From Novosphingobium sp. (GTDB taxonomy: Bacteria; Pseudomonadota; Alphaproteobacteria; Sphingomonadales; Sphingomonadaceae): a DNA stretch of 64,000 nt. The position numbers and the translations under genes were made by a program. The stretch covers positions 5,669-69,668 of the forward strand of contig JBIIDJ010000002.1 of the NCBI GenBank assembly GCA_044238415.1. Reading direction: 5' to 3'. Shown here one piece after another: positions 39,984 through 50,225 of this stretch. Numbering within the stretch: the first letter of the stretch is position 1; each line of letters begins with the position of its first letter. The notes beneath the pieces were generated by a model. The model was not told where the DNA came from. It did not search any database and saw only the letters and a list, made by a program, of their open reading frames with translations.

Positions 39984-41177
39984 ATGTCGAAAATCGAACT
40001 GAGCCTGGCGCCATCAGAGCGCGCCATCGAAATCGCCAGCCGCGTCGAAGCGTTCGTCCGCGAAGTCGTGATTCCCTATGAGCGCGATCCGCGCCGGGAT
40101 CATCATGGCGCACCGCTTGACGCGCTGGTCTATGAAATGCGCAATCACGCCCGCGCCGCCGGAGTCCTCACCCCGCACATCCTGGCCGATGGCAGCCACC
40201 TGACCCAGCGTGAAACGGCGCTGGTGCTGATCAAGTCGGGCCTCTCGCCGCTCGGACCGCTGGCCTGCAACACGATGGCCCCGGATGAGGGCAACATGTA
40301 CCTGCTGGGCCACAAGGCGACCAAGGAGCAGCAGGACCACTTCCTGAAGCCGCTGGTCGAAGGGCGGGCGCGCTCCGCCTTCTTCATGACCGAACCGTCG
40401 GAAGACAATGGCGCCGGTTCCGATCCTTCGATGATGCGCACCACCTGCCGTCAGGATGGGAATCACTGGGTCATCAACGGCCGCAAGACCTTCATTACCG
40501 GAGCCGACGGGGCGAGCGTCGGCATTGTAATGGCAAAGGCCGAGGATGGCGGCGCCTGCATGTTCCTGGTCGATCTGCCCGATCCGGCGATCCGGATCGA
40601 CGACGTGCCCAACACGATCGACAGCTCGATGCCGGGCAGCCACGCCACGGTCACTATCGACAACCTGCGCGTCCCGGCCAGCCAGATGCTGGGTGAGCCT
40701 GGCGAAGGGTTCAGATATGCCCAGGTCCGCCTCAGCCCGGCGCGGCTCTCGCACTGCATGCGCTGGCTCGGCTGCTGCATCCGCGCACACGAGATTGCCA
40801 GCGACTATGCCTGCCGCCGCATGGCCTTCGGCAAGGCGCTGATCGAGCATGAGGGTGTCGGCTTCATGCTGGCCGAGAACCTGATCGACATCAAACAGGC
40901 CGAACTGATGATCGACTGGTGTGCCGGCGTGCTCGATACCGGCAGCCTTGGCACGACCGAAAGCTCGATGGCCAAGGTGGCCGTATCCGAAGCATTGATG
41001 CGGATTGCCGATCGCTGCGTCCAGGTGATGGGCGGCACCGGCGTAACCGACAAGACGATTGTCGAACAGGTCTTCCGTGAGGTGCGAGCCTTCCGGATCT
41101 ATGATGGGCCAACCGAGGTCCACAAGTGGAGCCTGGCCAAGAAAGTGCGGCGCGACTGGCGCGAAGCCAACGCCTGA
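39984..41177 (+). CDS. Acyl-CoA dehydrogenase family protein
   Basis: 397 aa. FFMTEPSEDNGAGSDPS, NGRKTFITGA, and C-terminal RAFRIYDGPTEVHKWSLAK. Confidence 0.88.
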   Translation: MSKIELSLAPSERAIEIASRVEAFVREVVIPYERDPRRDHHGAPLDALVYEMRNHARAAGVLTPHILADGSHLTQRETALVLIKSGLSPLGPLACNTMAPDEGNMYLLGHKATKEQQDHFLKPLVEGRARSAFFMTEPSEDNGAGSDPSMMRTTCRQDGNHWVINGRKTFITGADGASVGIVMAKAEDGGACMFLVDLPDPAIRIDDVPNTIDSSMPGSHATVTIDNLRVPASQMLGEPGEGFRYAQVRLSPARLSHCMRWLGCCIRAHEIASDYACRRMAFGKALIEHEGVGFMLAENLIDIKQAELMIDWCAGVLDTGSLGTTESSMAKVAVSEALMRIADRCVQVMGGTGVTDKTIVEQVFREVRAFRIYDGPTEVHKWSLAKKVRRDWREANA

Positions 41178-41201
41178 ACCACCGGCAAGGGAGAAATTAG
41201 G

Positions 41202-42188
41202 ATGCGCGCGACTCAAGCTTTCATCGAAACCAACGGCGGCCCCGAGGTGATCCACTGGCGCGAGGTCGACCTGCCCGCACCCGGCCCCGGTGAAGTGCTA
41301 CTGCGACATGAGGCGGTGGGGCTGAACTTCATCGATACATACATCCGCACCGGGCTCTATCCGGCGAAGCTGCCGACCGGACTGGGCTTCGAGGCGGCCG
41401 GGGTGGTCGAAGCGGTAGGCGAAGGGGTGACGCACCTCGCGCCCGGCATGCGCGCCGCCACCTTCGGCGGGGCGCCCGGGGCCTATGCGACAGCCCGGCT
41501 GGTCGCCGCGCGCGACGTCTATGCCCTGCCCGATACAATCGACCCGCAGACTGCCGCTGCCGTGTTCCTGAAAGGCGCAACGGCGGAAATGCTGGCTGAA
41601 CGCTGTGCCCCAGTCCCACCCGGCAGCTGGGCGCTGGTCCCGGCAGCGGCCGGCGGCGTCGGCCAGATCCTGCTGCAATGGCTCAAGGCGCGCGGGGTAC
41701 GGGTGATCGGCACGGTCGGCTCGCCTGACAAGGTGGCGCTGGCCCAGGCTTGCGGCGCGGAAGTGGTGTTCCTCTCGGACGATCCGGACCTGATCGCCAA
41801 GGTTCGTGAGACCACTGGCGGCAAGGGCGTGGCCGTTTCCTATGACGGGGTTGGCATGGCCAGCTGGCGGACCTCGCTCGATTGCATGGCCCCGCGTGGG
41901 ACCATTGCCAGCTTCGGCAATGCCAGCGGCCCGGTGACGGGGGTCGCCCTGCGCGATCTCGCCACGCGCGGCTCGCTGTTTGTCACCCGCCCAGGCGTCT
42001 ATGACTATTACCGCAATCCGGAGGAAGCCCGCGCCGGCGCCGCCCGGCTGTGGGAAATGGTCGCAAGCGGCGCAGTGAAAGTCAGCATCGGCCAGACCTA
42101 TGCCCTGACTGACGCAGCCCAGGCCCATATCGACCTGGAAGCGCGCAAGACCGTGGGATCGACGCTACTGCTGCCCCCAGCGCCCTAA
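41202..42188 (+). CDS. NADPH:quinone oxidoreductase (zeta-crystallin/MDR family)
   Basis: GLNFIDTYIRTGLYP, AAGGVGQILLQWLKARGVRVIGTVGS. GGGAGA SD. Confidence 0.88.
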   Translation: MRATQAFIETNGGPEVIHWREVDLPAPGPGEVLLRHEAVGLNFIDTYIRTGLYPAKLPTGLGFEAAGVVEAVGEGVTHLAPGMRAATFGGAPGAYATARLVAARDVYALPDTIDPQTAAAVFLKGATAEMLAERCAPVPPGSWALVPAAAGGVGQILLQWLKARGVRVIGTVGSPDKVALAQACGAEVVFLSDDPDLIAKVRETTGGKGVAVSYDGVGMASWRTSLDCMAPRGTIASFGNASGPVTGVALRDLATRGSLFVTRPGVYDYYRNPEEARAGAARLWEMVASGAVKVSIGQTYALTDAAQAHIDLEARKTVGSTLLLPPAP

Positions 42189-42871
42189 ACCGCTTCGGTC
42201 GCGAACCAGATGACATGGCGGGGGCCCTTGCCCTTGCCGTTGGCGTCATAGCGGGCACGGACCTCGACTTCCTCGACTTCGAAGCCGACGCTTTCCAGCC
42301 GCCGCACGAACTTGTCGTCTCGTTCGGCGGACCAGATCGCGAGGACGCCGCCGGGGGCCAGCGCCTTGCGCGCGTTGTGGAGGCCCGCCTTGCCATAAAG
42401 CCGGTTGTTCTCGGGCCGCACCAAGCCGTCCGGACCATTGTCGACATCAAGCAGGATCGCATCGAACGGTTCGGGAGCCAGCAGCATGGCATCGCCGACG
42501 TCGTCCATGCGCAGCGTGACACGCGGATCATCGAGGCAGCCGGCGGCGACCTCCGCCATCGGCCCGCGCGCCCACTCGATGATCTCAGGCACCAATTCGG
42601 CTACGGTCACATGGGCCTGCGGCCCCATCCGGGCCAGCGCGGCGCGCAGGGTGAAGCCCATGCCATAGCCGCCGATCAGCAGGCGCGGTGCGGCTCTGCC
42701 GTGCAGCCGGTCGAGCGTCATGGTTGCAAGCGCCTCTTCCGAGCCGCGCATCCGGGTGCTCATCAGCTCGTTATGGCCCATCACGATCATAAAATCGCGG
42801 CCGTGGGCGAAGAGCTTCAACTCCTCGCCACCCGGGACCTGGGCCGTACCCAGCAGTTCGCGCGTGATCAC
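42185..42871 (-). CDS. Spermidine-synthase-like class I SAM-dependent methyltransferase-fold protein
   Basis: [16 protein letters not shown] (motif I-like), [23 protein letters not shown]. Its start overlaps the stop of the upstream DAHP synthase gene. Confidence 0.65.
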   Translation of the reverse strand: MITRELLGTAQVPGGEELKLFAHGRDFMIVMGHNELMSTRMRGSEEALATMTLDRLHGRAAPRLLIGGYGMGFTLRAALARMGPQAHVTVAELVPEIIEWARGPMAEVAAGCLDDPRVTLRMDDVGDAMLLAPEPFDAILLDVDNGPDGLVRPENNRLYGKAGLHNARKALAPGGVLAIWSAERDDKFVRRLESVGFEVEEVEVRARYDANGKGKGPRHVIWFATEAV

Positions 42872-44241
42872 GCCGCGCGCTGGGCGCGTTCGCCGGCCTC
42901 TAGGTTGAGCGCTTCGGCCAGCAGGAAGGCCAGTTCGAGCGACTGCGCCGCATTGAGGCGCGGGTCGCAGTGCGTGTGATAGCGATCGGCCAGACGTTCA
43001 TCGCTGATCGCGATGGCCCCGCCGACGCATTCGGTCACGTCCTGCCCGGTCATCTCGATATGGATGCCACCGGCGTGGGTGCCTTCGGCGCGGTGGACCG
43101 CGAAGAAGCCGCGCACTTCGCGCAGGATCCGGTCGAACGGGCGGGTCTTGAACCCGCTTTCGGCCTTGATCACGTTGCCGTGCATCGGATCGCACGACCA
43201 GACCACCGGGTGCCCTTCGCGCTTCACCGCGCGGACCAGCGGGGCAAGGCCCGCTTCGACCTTTTCATCGCCGAAGCGGCTGATCAGCGTGATGCGGCCC
43301 GCCTCACGCGCCGGGTTCAGCACGTCGAGCTGGCGCAGCAACTCGTCCGCCGAGAGCGAGGGGCCGCACTTCATCCCCAGCGGATTGCCCACGCCGCGCA
43401 GGAACTCGACATGGGCCGAGCCTTCGAAGCGGGTCCGGTCGCCGATCCACAGCATGTGGGCAGAGGTGTCGTACCAGTCCCCGGTCAGCGAATCCTGGCG
43501 AGTCATCGCCTGCTCATAGGGCAGGTGCAGCGCCTCGTGGCTGGTGTAGAAGCTGGTGCCCTGCAACTGTGGCACGGTGCGCGGGTCGATCCCGCAGGCT
43601 TCCATGAAGTCCAGCGCCTCGCCGATCCGGGTGCTGATCTCGGCAAACTTGTCCGCCCAGGGCGAGCGACCCATAAAATCCAGCGTCCACTGGTGGACCT
43701 GGCGCAGGTTGGCATAGCCCCCGGTCGAGAAGGCGCGCACCAGGTTAAGCGTCGCGGCCGACTGCGAATAGGCCTGCAGCAGGCGCTGCGGATCGGGAAT
43801 CCGCGCCTCAGACGTGAACTCGATCCCGTTGATGTTATCGCCGAGGTAGCTCGGCAGCTCGACACCATCGATCACCTCGACCGGGGAGGAGCGCGGCTTG
43901 GCGAACTGGCCGGCCATCCGGCCCACCTTCACCACCGGCTGCTTGGAAGCGAAAGTCAGCACGACCGCCATCTGCAGCAGCACGCGGAAAGTATCGCGGA
44001 TGTTGTTCGGGTGAAATTCGGCAAAGCTTTCGGCGCAGTCCCCGCCCTGCAGCAGGAAGCCCTTCCCGGCAGCAACCTGAGCCAGATCGGCCTTCAGCGC
44101 GCGTGCTTCACCAGCGAAGACCAGCGGCGGAAAGGTGGTCAACGTGTCTGTCACCCGGCCGAGCGCCGCAGCATCGGGATAGGCCGGCAGGTGCCGGGCC
44201 TCGCGCGATTGCCAGCTTTCAGGTGTCCACATGCTTGCCAC
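42868..44241 (-). CDS. Class II 3-deoxy-7-phosphoheptulonate (DAHP) synthase
   Basis: [20 protein letters not shown]-terminus, [22 protein letters not shown], and the C-terminal [14 protein letters not shown] region. GTG 44241 chosen because AAGGAG lies 8 nt upstream; the track start 44295 is possible. Confidence 0.9.
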   Translation of the reverse strand: MASMWTPESWQSREARHLPAYPDAAALGRVTDTLTTFPPLVFAGEARALKADLAQVAAGKGFLLQGGDCAESFAEFHPNNIRDTFRVLLQMAVVLTFASKQPVVKVGRMAGQFAKPRSSPVEVIDGVELPSYLGDNINGIEFTSEARIPDPQRLLQAYSQSAATLNLVRAFSTGGYANLRQVHQWTLDFMGRSPWADKFAEISTRIGEALDFMEACGIDPRTVPQLQGTSFYTSHEALHLPYEQAMTRQDSLTGDWYDTSAHMLWIGDRTRFEGSAHVEFLRGVGNPLGMKCGPSLSADELLRQLDVLNPAREAGRITLISRFGDEKVEAGLAPLVRAVKREGHPVVWSCDPMHGNVIKAESGFKTRPFDRILREVRGFFAVHRAEGTHAGGIHIEMTGQDVTECVGGAIAISDERLADRYHTHCDPRLNAAQSLELAFLLAEALNLEAGERAQRAA

Positions 44242-44337
44242 GTCTACTGCTCCTTTGCGAGCGCGGCCCATAGCGCCCTCTGTTCGCAATTGCAAAAGAC
44301 GAAAGCTGCAGCACCTGATAGCGAAATTTAATTACGC

Positions 44338-47328
44338 CTAGCGTCCATCGAGCGCCGGCATGGCTGGTCCGGCGGGTTTCGCTTCGCTCTTGGCCACCCC
44401 CACCGGGGCGGCACTGCCCGTGGGCAGCACCGCCGCGCGCCAGGACTGGCCCGGCTGGAGGTACTTGCGCGCCAGGGCCTGCATCGCCTCGGGCGTGGTC
44501 CTAGTATAGTCCGACAAGAGGGTGCGCAGCGCGGCAAATTTGGCTGGCTCACTGCTGGCCCCTTCCAGCTGGTACATGAAGAAGGCACTGCTGGTGCTGG
44601 CCCGGTTGATTTGCTGGCGCAGCGGTTCGATCACCAGGGCCAGCTCGTCCGCCGAGACCGGCTTGGCGGCCAGATCGGCGGCGATCCTTTCAGCGGTGGA
44701 GAAGAATACCGGCACCGCCGCCGGAGAAAGCTGAGCCAGCGCCGTGACCGAACCGCCATTTTCCAGGTCCTGCGGCCAGGCGTTGAACACCTGCGGGGCA
44801 TAGGCCTCGCCCAGACGCTCGCGCAGGGCATCGAGCAGGCGGTTCTGGAACAGGTTGGTCAGGATCTCGAGCTGACGGCTTTCGCTGATCCCGGCCATGC
44901 CGCCGCCGGTCGGCCAGCTCATCAGGGCTGCCGCCTGGCTCGCATCGCCTCGGTGAGTCAGCTTGATCGCCTGACCAGATGGTGACAGCACCGGGACCCG
45001 GGCGGGTTGCAGGTCTTCCAGCGGCCGGCGCGGCGCCAGGGCGCCAAAGCTGCGCTGGAGCGCGCTGATCGCCTGCTCGCGGGTAAAGTCGCCGAACAGC
45101 TGCACTTCGATCGGACCACGCTCCAGCAGTGGCTGCCACACCTGCCGGAAGCCGGCCGGCGTTGTTGCCTCGACCTCGCGCGGGGTCGGCGTGGCGAAAC
45201 GCGGATCGCGGCCACGCTGGAGATACTCGAGATCACGTTCAAGCACGCCCTGCGGCGAGGCGGCAAAGCTTTCATAGCGCATCCGCGCCGCTGCCTTGGC
45301 CCGCAGCACCGGCGGAGCATCCCAGCGCGGCTGGGCAAACTTCTGGGCAAAGAGATAGAGCTGGTCGGCCATGTCCGCCGGGCGGGTATCGGCCGAGAAC
45401 TGGAACGAGGAATCCTGGATCTCGAAATCATAGCCCATCTTGCGCCCGGTGCTAATCCGGTCGAGCTCTTCCTGACCGAGCTTGCCCTGGCCGGAGCCGA
45501 CCAGCGCCATGTCGCCAAGCGCGATATAGGCGCTATCGCCTGGGCCAAAGGCCCGGAAACCGGCACCAAACCGGACTTTCACTGAAACGCGCCCAGGCTC
45601 GTCCGTGGTCGGCCAGAGCAGCACCTTGACGCCATTGGCAAATTCGAGCTGCTCGATTCCGAGAATTCCGGTCGCGTTCTGGGCGACCAGCTGGCCCGGC
45701 TCGCCCAGTGCGGGCATATCAGCAAAAGAGATCGGTTTGCCGCCCAGCCGCGCCTTGGCATCTGGGGCGACCGGCGCAGACAGCGCCGCTGCGAGCTGTG
45801 GCGCTTCCGCCTCGCCCGCACGGGGGGTAATGTAGACCGCGCGCGTCACCGCGCCGTTGAACAGTCGCCGCGTGTGTTCCAGCACGGCCTGCGGGGTGAA
45901 GAGTGCACGCGACGAATTGAAGATCGACAGCACGGTTTCGGGCGAGGCAATAGTCTCCCGGATGTCGACCGCGGTCACCAGATCGTCGGCCAGCTTGGCC
46001 CCGGCCAGCAGGCGGCGCTGTTCGACCGAGCTTTCGAAAGCGACGTTGAATTCGGCCACTTCACGCTCGATCTCGTCCTCAGTCGGCGGACTGGCCAGCG
46101 CATCGGCAATCACAGCGCGCACTTCGGTCAGCGCCTTGCCCCAGTTCTCGTCAAGCGGGGTCACCGAAACGAAGGTGGCGTCGGTCGAACGACTGACCTT
46201 TTCCTGGCTGACCTGAGCGAACAGGAAGCTGCCCCCGGCCCGGGCGCGGGCTTCAAGCCGGCGGTTGATGATCGCCTGGGCCAGCGAATCCTTCATGATC
46301 CCCTGGTTGTAGACAATCGTATCCTGCACCTGCCGCCACGGCCGCAGCACAGCATAGGTCAGCCCGCGCGGCAGCTCAGGCTCCACCAGGACCCGCGTTT
46401 CACCAACCGGGTTCGGGCCTTTGGCCCCAGGCGGGGCGACCGGATCGCCAAAGGAAGGCGCCGGGACCGGCTTGCCCTGCGCCGGCCAGTCCGAAAAATA
46501 ACGCCGCACCATGCCTTCGACGAGACTGGGATCGAGATCGCCGACCACCACAATCACGGCATTTTCAGGCCGGTACCAGCGGGCGTGGAACGCCCGGACC
46601 GAAGCCTGGTTAGCGGCCTGGAGCGTTTCATTGGTGCCGATCACCGGGCGCACCGCCAGCCGCTGCCCGGCGAACAGGGTCTGCTGGGTGGCTTCGGCCA
46701 CCCGCTCGGCCGTGCCGCCACGTTCGCGCTTCTCGGCCATGACGATCGGCACTTCGGCCCGCACGTTCGCCTCAGTCAGCGCCGGGGCGATCATCATGCC
46801 GGACAGGAGCTTCATGGATTCGTCAAGCTTGGCTGCCGTGATGTTGGGCAGGTCGAGCTTGAAGGTCGTGGCCACCGGGCTGGTTTCGGCATTGGTGTCG
46901 CTGCCAAAGGTCGCCCCCAGGCGCTGCCAGGTAGGGATTGCGGCCCCCTCAGACAGATAGCGCGACTGGCGGAACACCAGGTGCTCCAGCAAGTGGGCAT
47001 AGCCGCGCTCGCTCTCTTCCTCGTGCAGCGAGCCGACATCCATCCGCACCCGAACGGCCACCTGCCCCGGCGGCACACCATTCTTGCGCAGGGCATAACG
47101 CAGGCCATTGGGCAGTTCGCCGAAGATCCATTCCTTGTCCTGCGGAACATCGCTGCCGCGATAGAGCCAGGGCGTTAGGGCAGCAGCCGGGCGCGCGGCG
47201 GGCTGGGCCGCCGCTGTCGACTTGCCAGAGGCGCGCTGCGCATTCTGCGCTGCCAGCGGCTGAACCCCCAGAACAAGCAGCGGAACAACCAGGGCAAAGC
47301 AGCGCAATGCGCGAAAACGAGCAGTCAT
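44338..47328 (-). CDS. Large exported M16-family zinc peptidase (tandem pitrilysin-like units)
   Basis: Signal peptide MTARFRALRCFALVVPLLVLGVQPLAAQ, and the inverted zincin motif HLLEHLVF (HxxEH). About 996 aa, consistent with two M16 active/inactive pairs. Confidence 0.85.
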   Translation of the reverse strand: MTARFRALRCFALVVPLLVLGVQPLAAQNAQRASGKSTAAAQPAARPAAALTPWLYRGSDVPQDKEWIFGELPNGLRYALRKNGVPPGQVAVRVRMDVGSLHEEESERGYAHLLEHLVFRQSRYLSEGAAIPTWQRLGATFGSDTNAETSPVATTFKLDLPNITAAKLDESMKLLSGMMIAPALTEANVRAEVPIVMAEKRERGGTAERVAEATQQTLFAGQRLAVRPVIGTNETLQAANQASVRAFHARWYRPENAVIVVVGDLDPSLVEGMVRRYFSDWPAQGKPVPAPSFGDPVAPPGAKGPNPVGETRVLVEPELPRGLTYAVLRPWRQVQDTIVYNQGIMKDSLAQAIINRRLEARARAGGSFLFAQVSQEKVSRSTDATFVSVTPLDENWGKALTEVRAVIADALASPPTEDEIEREVAEFNVAFESSVEQRRLLAGAKLADDLVTAVDIRETIASPETVLSIFNSSRALFTPQAVLEHTRRLFNGAVTRAVYITPRAGEAEAPQLAAALSAPVAPDAKARLGGKPISFADMPALGEPGQLVAQNATGILGIEQLEFANGVKVLLWPTTDEPGRVSVKVRFGAGFRAFGPGDSAYIALGDMALVGSGQGKLGQEELDRISTGRKMGYDFEIQDSSFQFSADTRPADMADQLYLFAQKFAQPRWDAPPVLRAKAAARMRYESFAASPQGVLERDLEYLQRGRDPRFATPTPREVEATTPAGFRQVWQPLLERGPIEVQLFGDFTREQAISALQRSFGALAPRRPLEDLQPARVPVLSPSGQAIKLTHRGDASQAAALMSWPTGGGMAGISESRQLEILTNLFQNRLLDALRERLGEAYAPQVFNAWPQDLENGGSVTALAQLSPAAVPVFFSTAERIAADLAAKPVSADELALVIEPLRQQINRASTSSAFFMYQLEGASSEPAKFAALRTLLSDYTRTTPEAMQALARKYLQPGQSWRAAVLPTGSAAPVGVAKSEAKPAGPAMPALDGR

Positions 47329-47391
47329 GTCGCGGGTATAGGCGTGGCCAAGCTGAAGGACCAGTGAATAGGCGATCACCGGGCGCAATAG

Positions 47392-47421
47392 AAAAAGGGG
47401 GCAGTTGCCTGCCCCCTTTTT
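47392..47421 (-). terminator. Rho-independent terminator (bidirectional form) after the TonB-dependent receptor
   Basis: AAAAA-GGGGGCAG-ttgc-CTGCCCCC-TTTTT: an 8-bp GC stem with a tetraloop, an A5 run on one side and a T5 run on the other. It lies 25 nt past the receptor stop. Confidence 0.85.
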
Positions 47422-47445
47422 CGTTTCAGCTCTTACCGGTTGGAA

Positions 47446-50076
47446 TCACCACTTGAACCGCACCGTCGCGCCAAAGGTGCGCGGTTGGTTGGGGTAAGTC
47501 GAAATCGAGCCCGACTGGGCAACCGAATCGAACAGCGACAGGAAGTAGCGGTTGTTCGTCAGGTTGCGGCCCCAGATCGAGAATTCCAGCCCGCTCATCA
47601 ACGCATAGGTGGCCGAGGCGCTGACCTCGTTCACTTCGCGGCGGAACGGCCGGGCAATGTCGAAGGCCGGCTGGTAGCTGACCACCTGACCGACTGCATT
47701 GCGCTGAATGAACCCGGGCAGGCCATCGACGATCTGCACCGGCGATTCATGATAGTAATCGGCGCGCAGGATGATCCGGTCGCCGTTACCCAGTTCCTTG
47801 TTCCACTGCGCACCGAAGGTGGCCGAAATACCAGGAATACCGGCCGGTTGGCGGCCCGAGGCATCGCCCAGCGCCGAGTTCGGGAAGCTGTCGTACTTTG
47901 GCTTAAGGTAGACCATCGACGCGGTCAGCGTCAGCTCCTCGGTCGGCTTGACCATGCCATCAAACTCGATGCCATAGGTGGTTTGCTGCCCGGCATTGGC
48001 CAGCGCGAAGCCGGTGCCGGTGAAGATGTTCGACTGAAAGCCGGTGATCCGCTGGTGGAAGGCGGTCAGGTTGGCACTGACCAGGCCCCAGTTGGCCTTC
48101 AGCCCCAGTTCGAACACGCGGGCGTTTTCCGGCCCGGCAAAGCGCGAACCGGTGGTCAGGTTCGGCACCAGCAGCCCGGCGGCAGCCAGCCGCAGGTAGT
48201 CGCCCGAGGTCGGGCGGCTGTCAGCCGAGAGGTTGAACGAGCTGGCCTTGAAACCGGTCGCATAGCTGACATAGGCGTTGAGCGTGTCAGTCACGTCCAT
48301 CGCCAGGCGTGCGGTCCAGGTCCACTTGCCATCGCTCGTCTTGCCGTTCTCCACCGCGTTCGGGAAGTTGCGGAACGGTGGCAGGAACTGCAGGGTGCGC
48401 AGGCCGAGCAGCTGGTTAACCGCAGGGTTGGTCTGGTTGAGGTTGGCAAAGTTGGTCGCCCCGGTGACAATCGCCGCATAAACGGCAGGCTGCGCACCAG
48501 CGAAGGTCGCGACCTGGGTAGCATTGGCCGAGCCGGCCAGCCCCAGCGCCGCGCCAACCTGCTGAGCGATCACGGTGCTACGGATCACGCCGTTGCCGAT
48601 CGCCACCAGATCCAGCGCCGAGAAGGCATCGGTGCTGTTGACGTTGGAGACAACGCTCTTGCGGTCCTTCGTGTAGTTGCCACCCAGCGTCAGGGTGAAG
48701 CGATCACCCAGCTTGACGTCAAAGTTGCCAAAAATCGACCAGGCTTCGTTGTCCATTTCATAGCGGGTGAACATGCCCTGCCCGGGGCGCTGGAAGGTGT
48801 TCAGCGGCAGACCCAGGATCTGGGTTTCCAGCAGGGTTATCGCACCGCCCGACAGCAGGTTCACATAAGGCCGGAAGCCCGTGCCATAGGTCAGGGCCGA
48901 GGTCGAGGTGACGTCCTCGTTGAAGTAGAACCCGCCCAGCATGGCGCTGAACACATCAAGGAATTCGGCCGAGACACGCAGTTCCTGCGTGAAGGTGCCA
49001 ATGTCGACCGTGCCGACATTGCCGCCGATCAGGTCAGCGCTGGTGAAGTCCGAATCCTGATTGGTGCGGCTCTTGCTTTCGCGCCAGGCGGTGATCGAGG
49101 TCAACTTGAGCGGGCCGACCTCATAATCGACCTGGCCCGACAGGCCCCAGTTTTCGATCTTGTTGGTGCTGGCGAAGTTCGAATAGGTGACATCGGCAAA
49201 GGGATCGCGGAAATCGTTCACGCGGCCACCAACCGCCTCAAGTGCGGAGGTTGCCGCCGAACGGCGCACGTTGATCACGGCGCAGCAGTCTTCATCGATC
49301 TTGTCGTAATCGCCGATCAGGCGCACCCGCAGGCTGTTGTTCGGCTCGAATAGGATCTGGCCGCGGGTGAACCAGCGGTTGCGCTCGTTGGTCTTGCCGC
49401 CATAGCCAAGGTCTTCGATGTAACCGTCACGCTTGTTCAGGCCGGCCGCCAGGCTGGCAGCGATCGTCTCGCTGATCGGGCCGGTTACCACGCCCTTCAG
49501 CACTACGGCATCGAAATTGCCGTAGGTCGCCTCGACCGAGCCGCCAAACTGGAACGACGGGGCCTTGGTGACCATCGAGATCACGCCGGCGCTCGCATTC
49601 TTGCCGAACAGGGTCGACTGCGGGCCGCGCAGCACTTCCACGCGTTGCACATCGGGCAGGTCGCCGATCTGGGCGGCGGTACGGCTGCGATAGACGCCAT
49701 CGACGAAGACGCCGACCGACGGTTCGATGCCGGCGTTGTTTGCCCCGTTGCCGAAGCCGCGGATGATGAAGTTGGTGTTGGCGCTCGACTGCAGCTGGGT
49801 CACGCGCAGCGTCGGGACCAGCGTCTGCAGGTCCTTGAGGTCGCGGATTTGGGCTTGCTCGATGGTGGCGCCAGTCGTGACCGACACGGCCACAGGAACG
49901 TCTTGCAGCGTCTGTTCACGCTTGGTCGCAGTAACAACGATCTCGTTGCCTTCGGCCTCTTCCTCGACCGCAGCTGGGGCCGGCTGGGCCTCCTCGACAG
50001 CGGCGTCCTGGGCATAGGCGGTTGACGACAGGGCGGAAGCGCCGAGCAAGGCGGCGCGCAGGATGAGTTTCTTCAT
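47446..50076 (-). CDS. TonB-dependent receptor
   Basis: Signal peptide MKKLILRAALLGASALSSTAYAQ, TonB box/plug (NEIVVTATKREQTLQDVPVAVSV..., VEVLRGPQSTLFGKNASAGVI), and beta-barrel C-terminus ...FGATVRFKW. Confidence 0.92.
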   Translation of the reverse strand: MKKLILRAALLGASALSSTAYAQDAAVEEAQPAPAAVEEEAEGNEIVVTATKREQTLQDVPVAVSVTTGATIEQAQIRDLKDLQTLVPTLRVTQLQSSANTNFIIRGFGNGANNAGIEPSVGVFVDGVYRSRTAAQIGDLPDVQRVEVLRGPQSTLFGKNASAGVISMVTKAPSFQFGGSVEATYGNFDAVVLKGVVTGPISETIAASLAAGLNKRDGYIEDLGYGGKTNERNRWFTRGQILFEPNNSLRVRLIGDYDKIDEDCCAVINVRRSAATSALEAVGGRVNDFRDPFADVTYSNFASTNKIENWGLSGQVDYEVGPLKLTSITAWRESKSRTNQDSDFTSADLIGGNVGTVDIGTFTQELRVSAEFLDVFSAMLGGFYFNEDVTSTSALTYGTGFRPYVNLLSGGAITLLETQILGLPLNTFQRPGQGMFTRYEMDNEAWSIFGNFDVKLGDRFTLTLGGNYTKDRKSVVSNVNSTDAFSALDLVAIGNGVIRSTVIAQQVGAALGLAGSANATQVATFAGAQPAVYAAIVTGATNFANLNQTNPAVNQLLGLRTLQFLPPFRNFPNAVENGKTSDGKWTWTARLAMDVTDTLNAYVSYATGFKASSFNLSADSRPTSGDYLRLAAAGLLVPNLTTGSRFAGPENARVFELGLKANWGLVSANLTAFHQRITGFQSNIFTGTGFALANAGQQTTYGIEFDGMVKPTEELTLTASMVYLKPKYDSFPNSALGDASGRQPAGIPGISATFGAQWNKELGNGDRIILRADYYHESPVQIVDGLPGFIQRNAVGQVVSYQPAFDIARPFRREVNEVSASATYALMSGLEFSIWGRNLTNNRYFLSLFDSVAQSGSISTYPNQPRTFGATVRFKW

Positions 50077-50225
50077 GGGCCGCGCCACTAGCCGCCGGTC
50101 TGGCGATTTCCAATACCCTACGAGGTACCGTTACACTTGCCGCTGGGGACCAGTTGGGCTAGGGGCGCGCGCAATGTTGCGGCGCAGCAAGCGCCGTGCC
50201 CTCCCCTGTTTAGCGAGTTTTCCTG

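Noticed and set aside
44282-44290. The 9-mer ATTGCGAAC, with an adjacent TTGCAA, shared between the mdh upstream region (4710-4718) and the DAHP synthase upstream region, considered as a common regulatory motif.
   Set aside because: By a rough estimate many 9-mer coincidences are expected by chance even within the intergenic DNA of this window. It is more simply explained as -35-like TTGC(N)A promoter elements.
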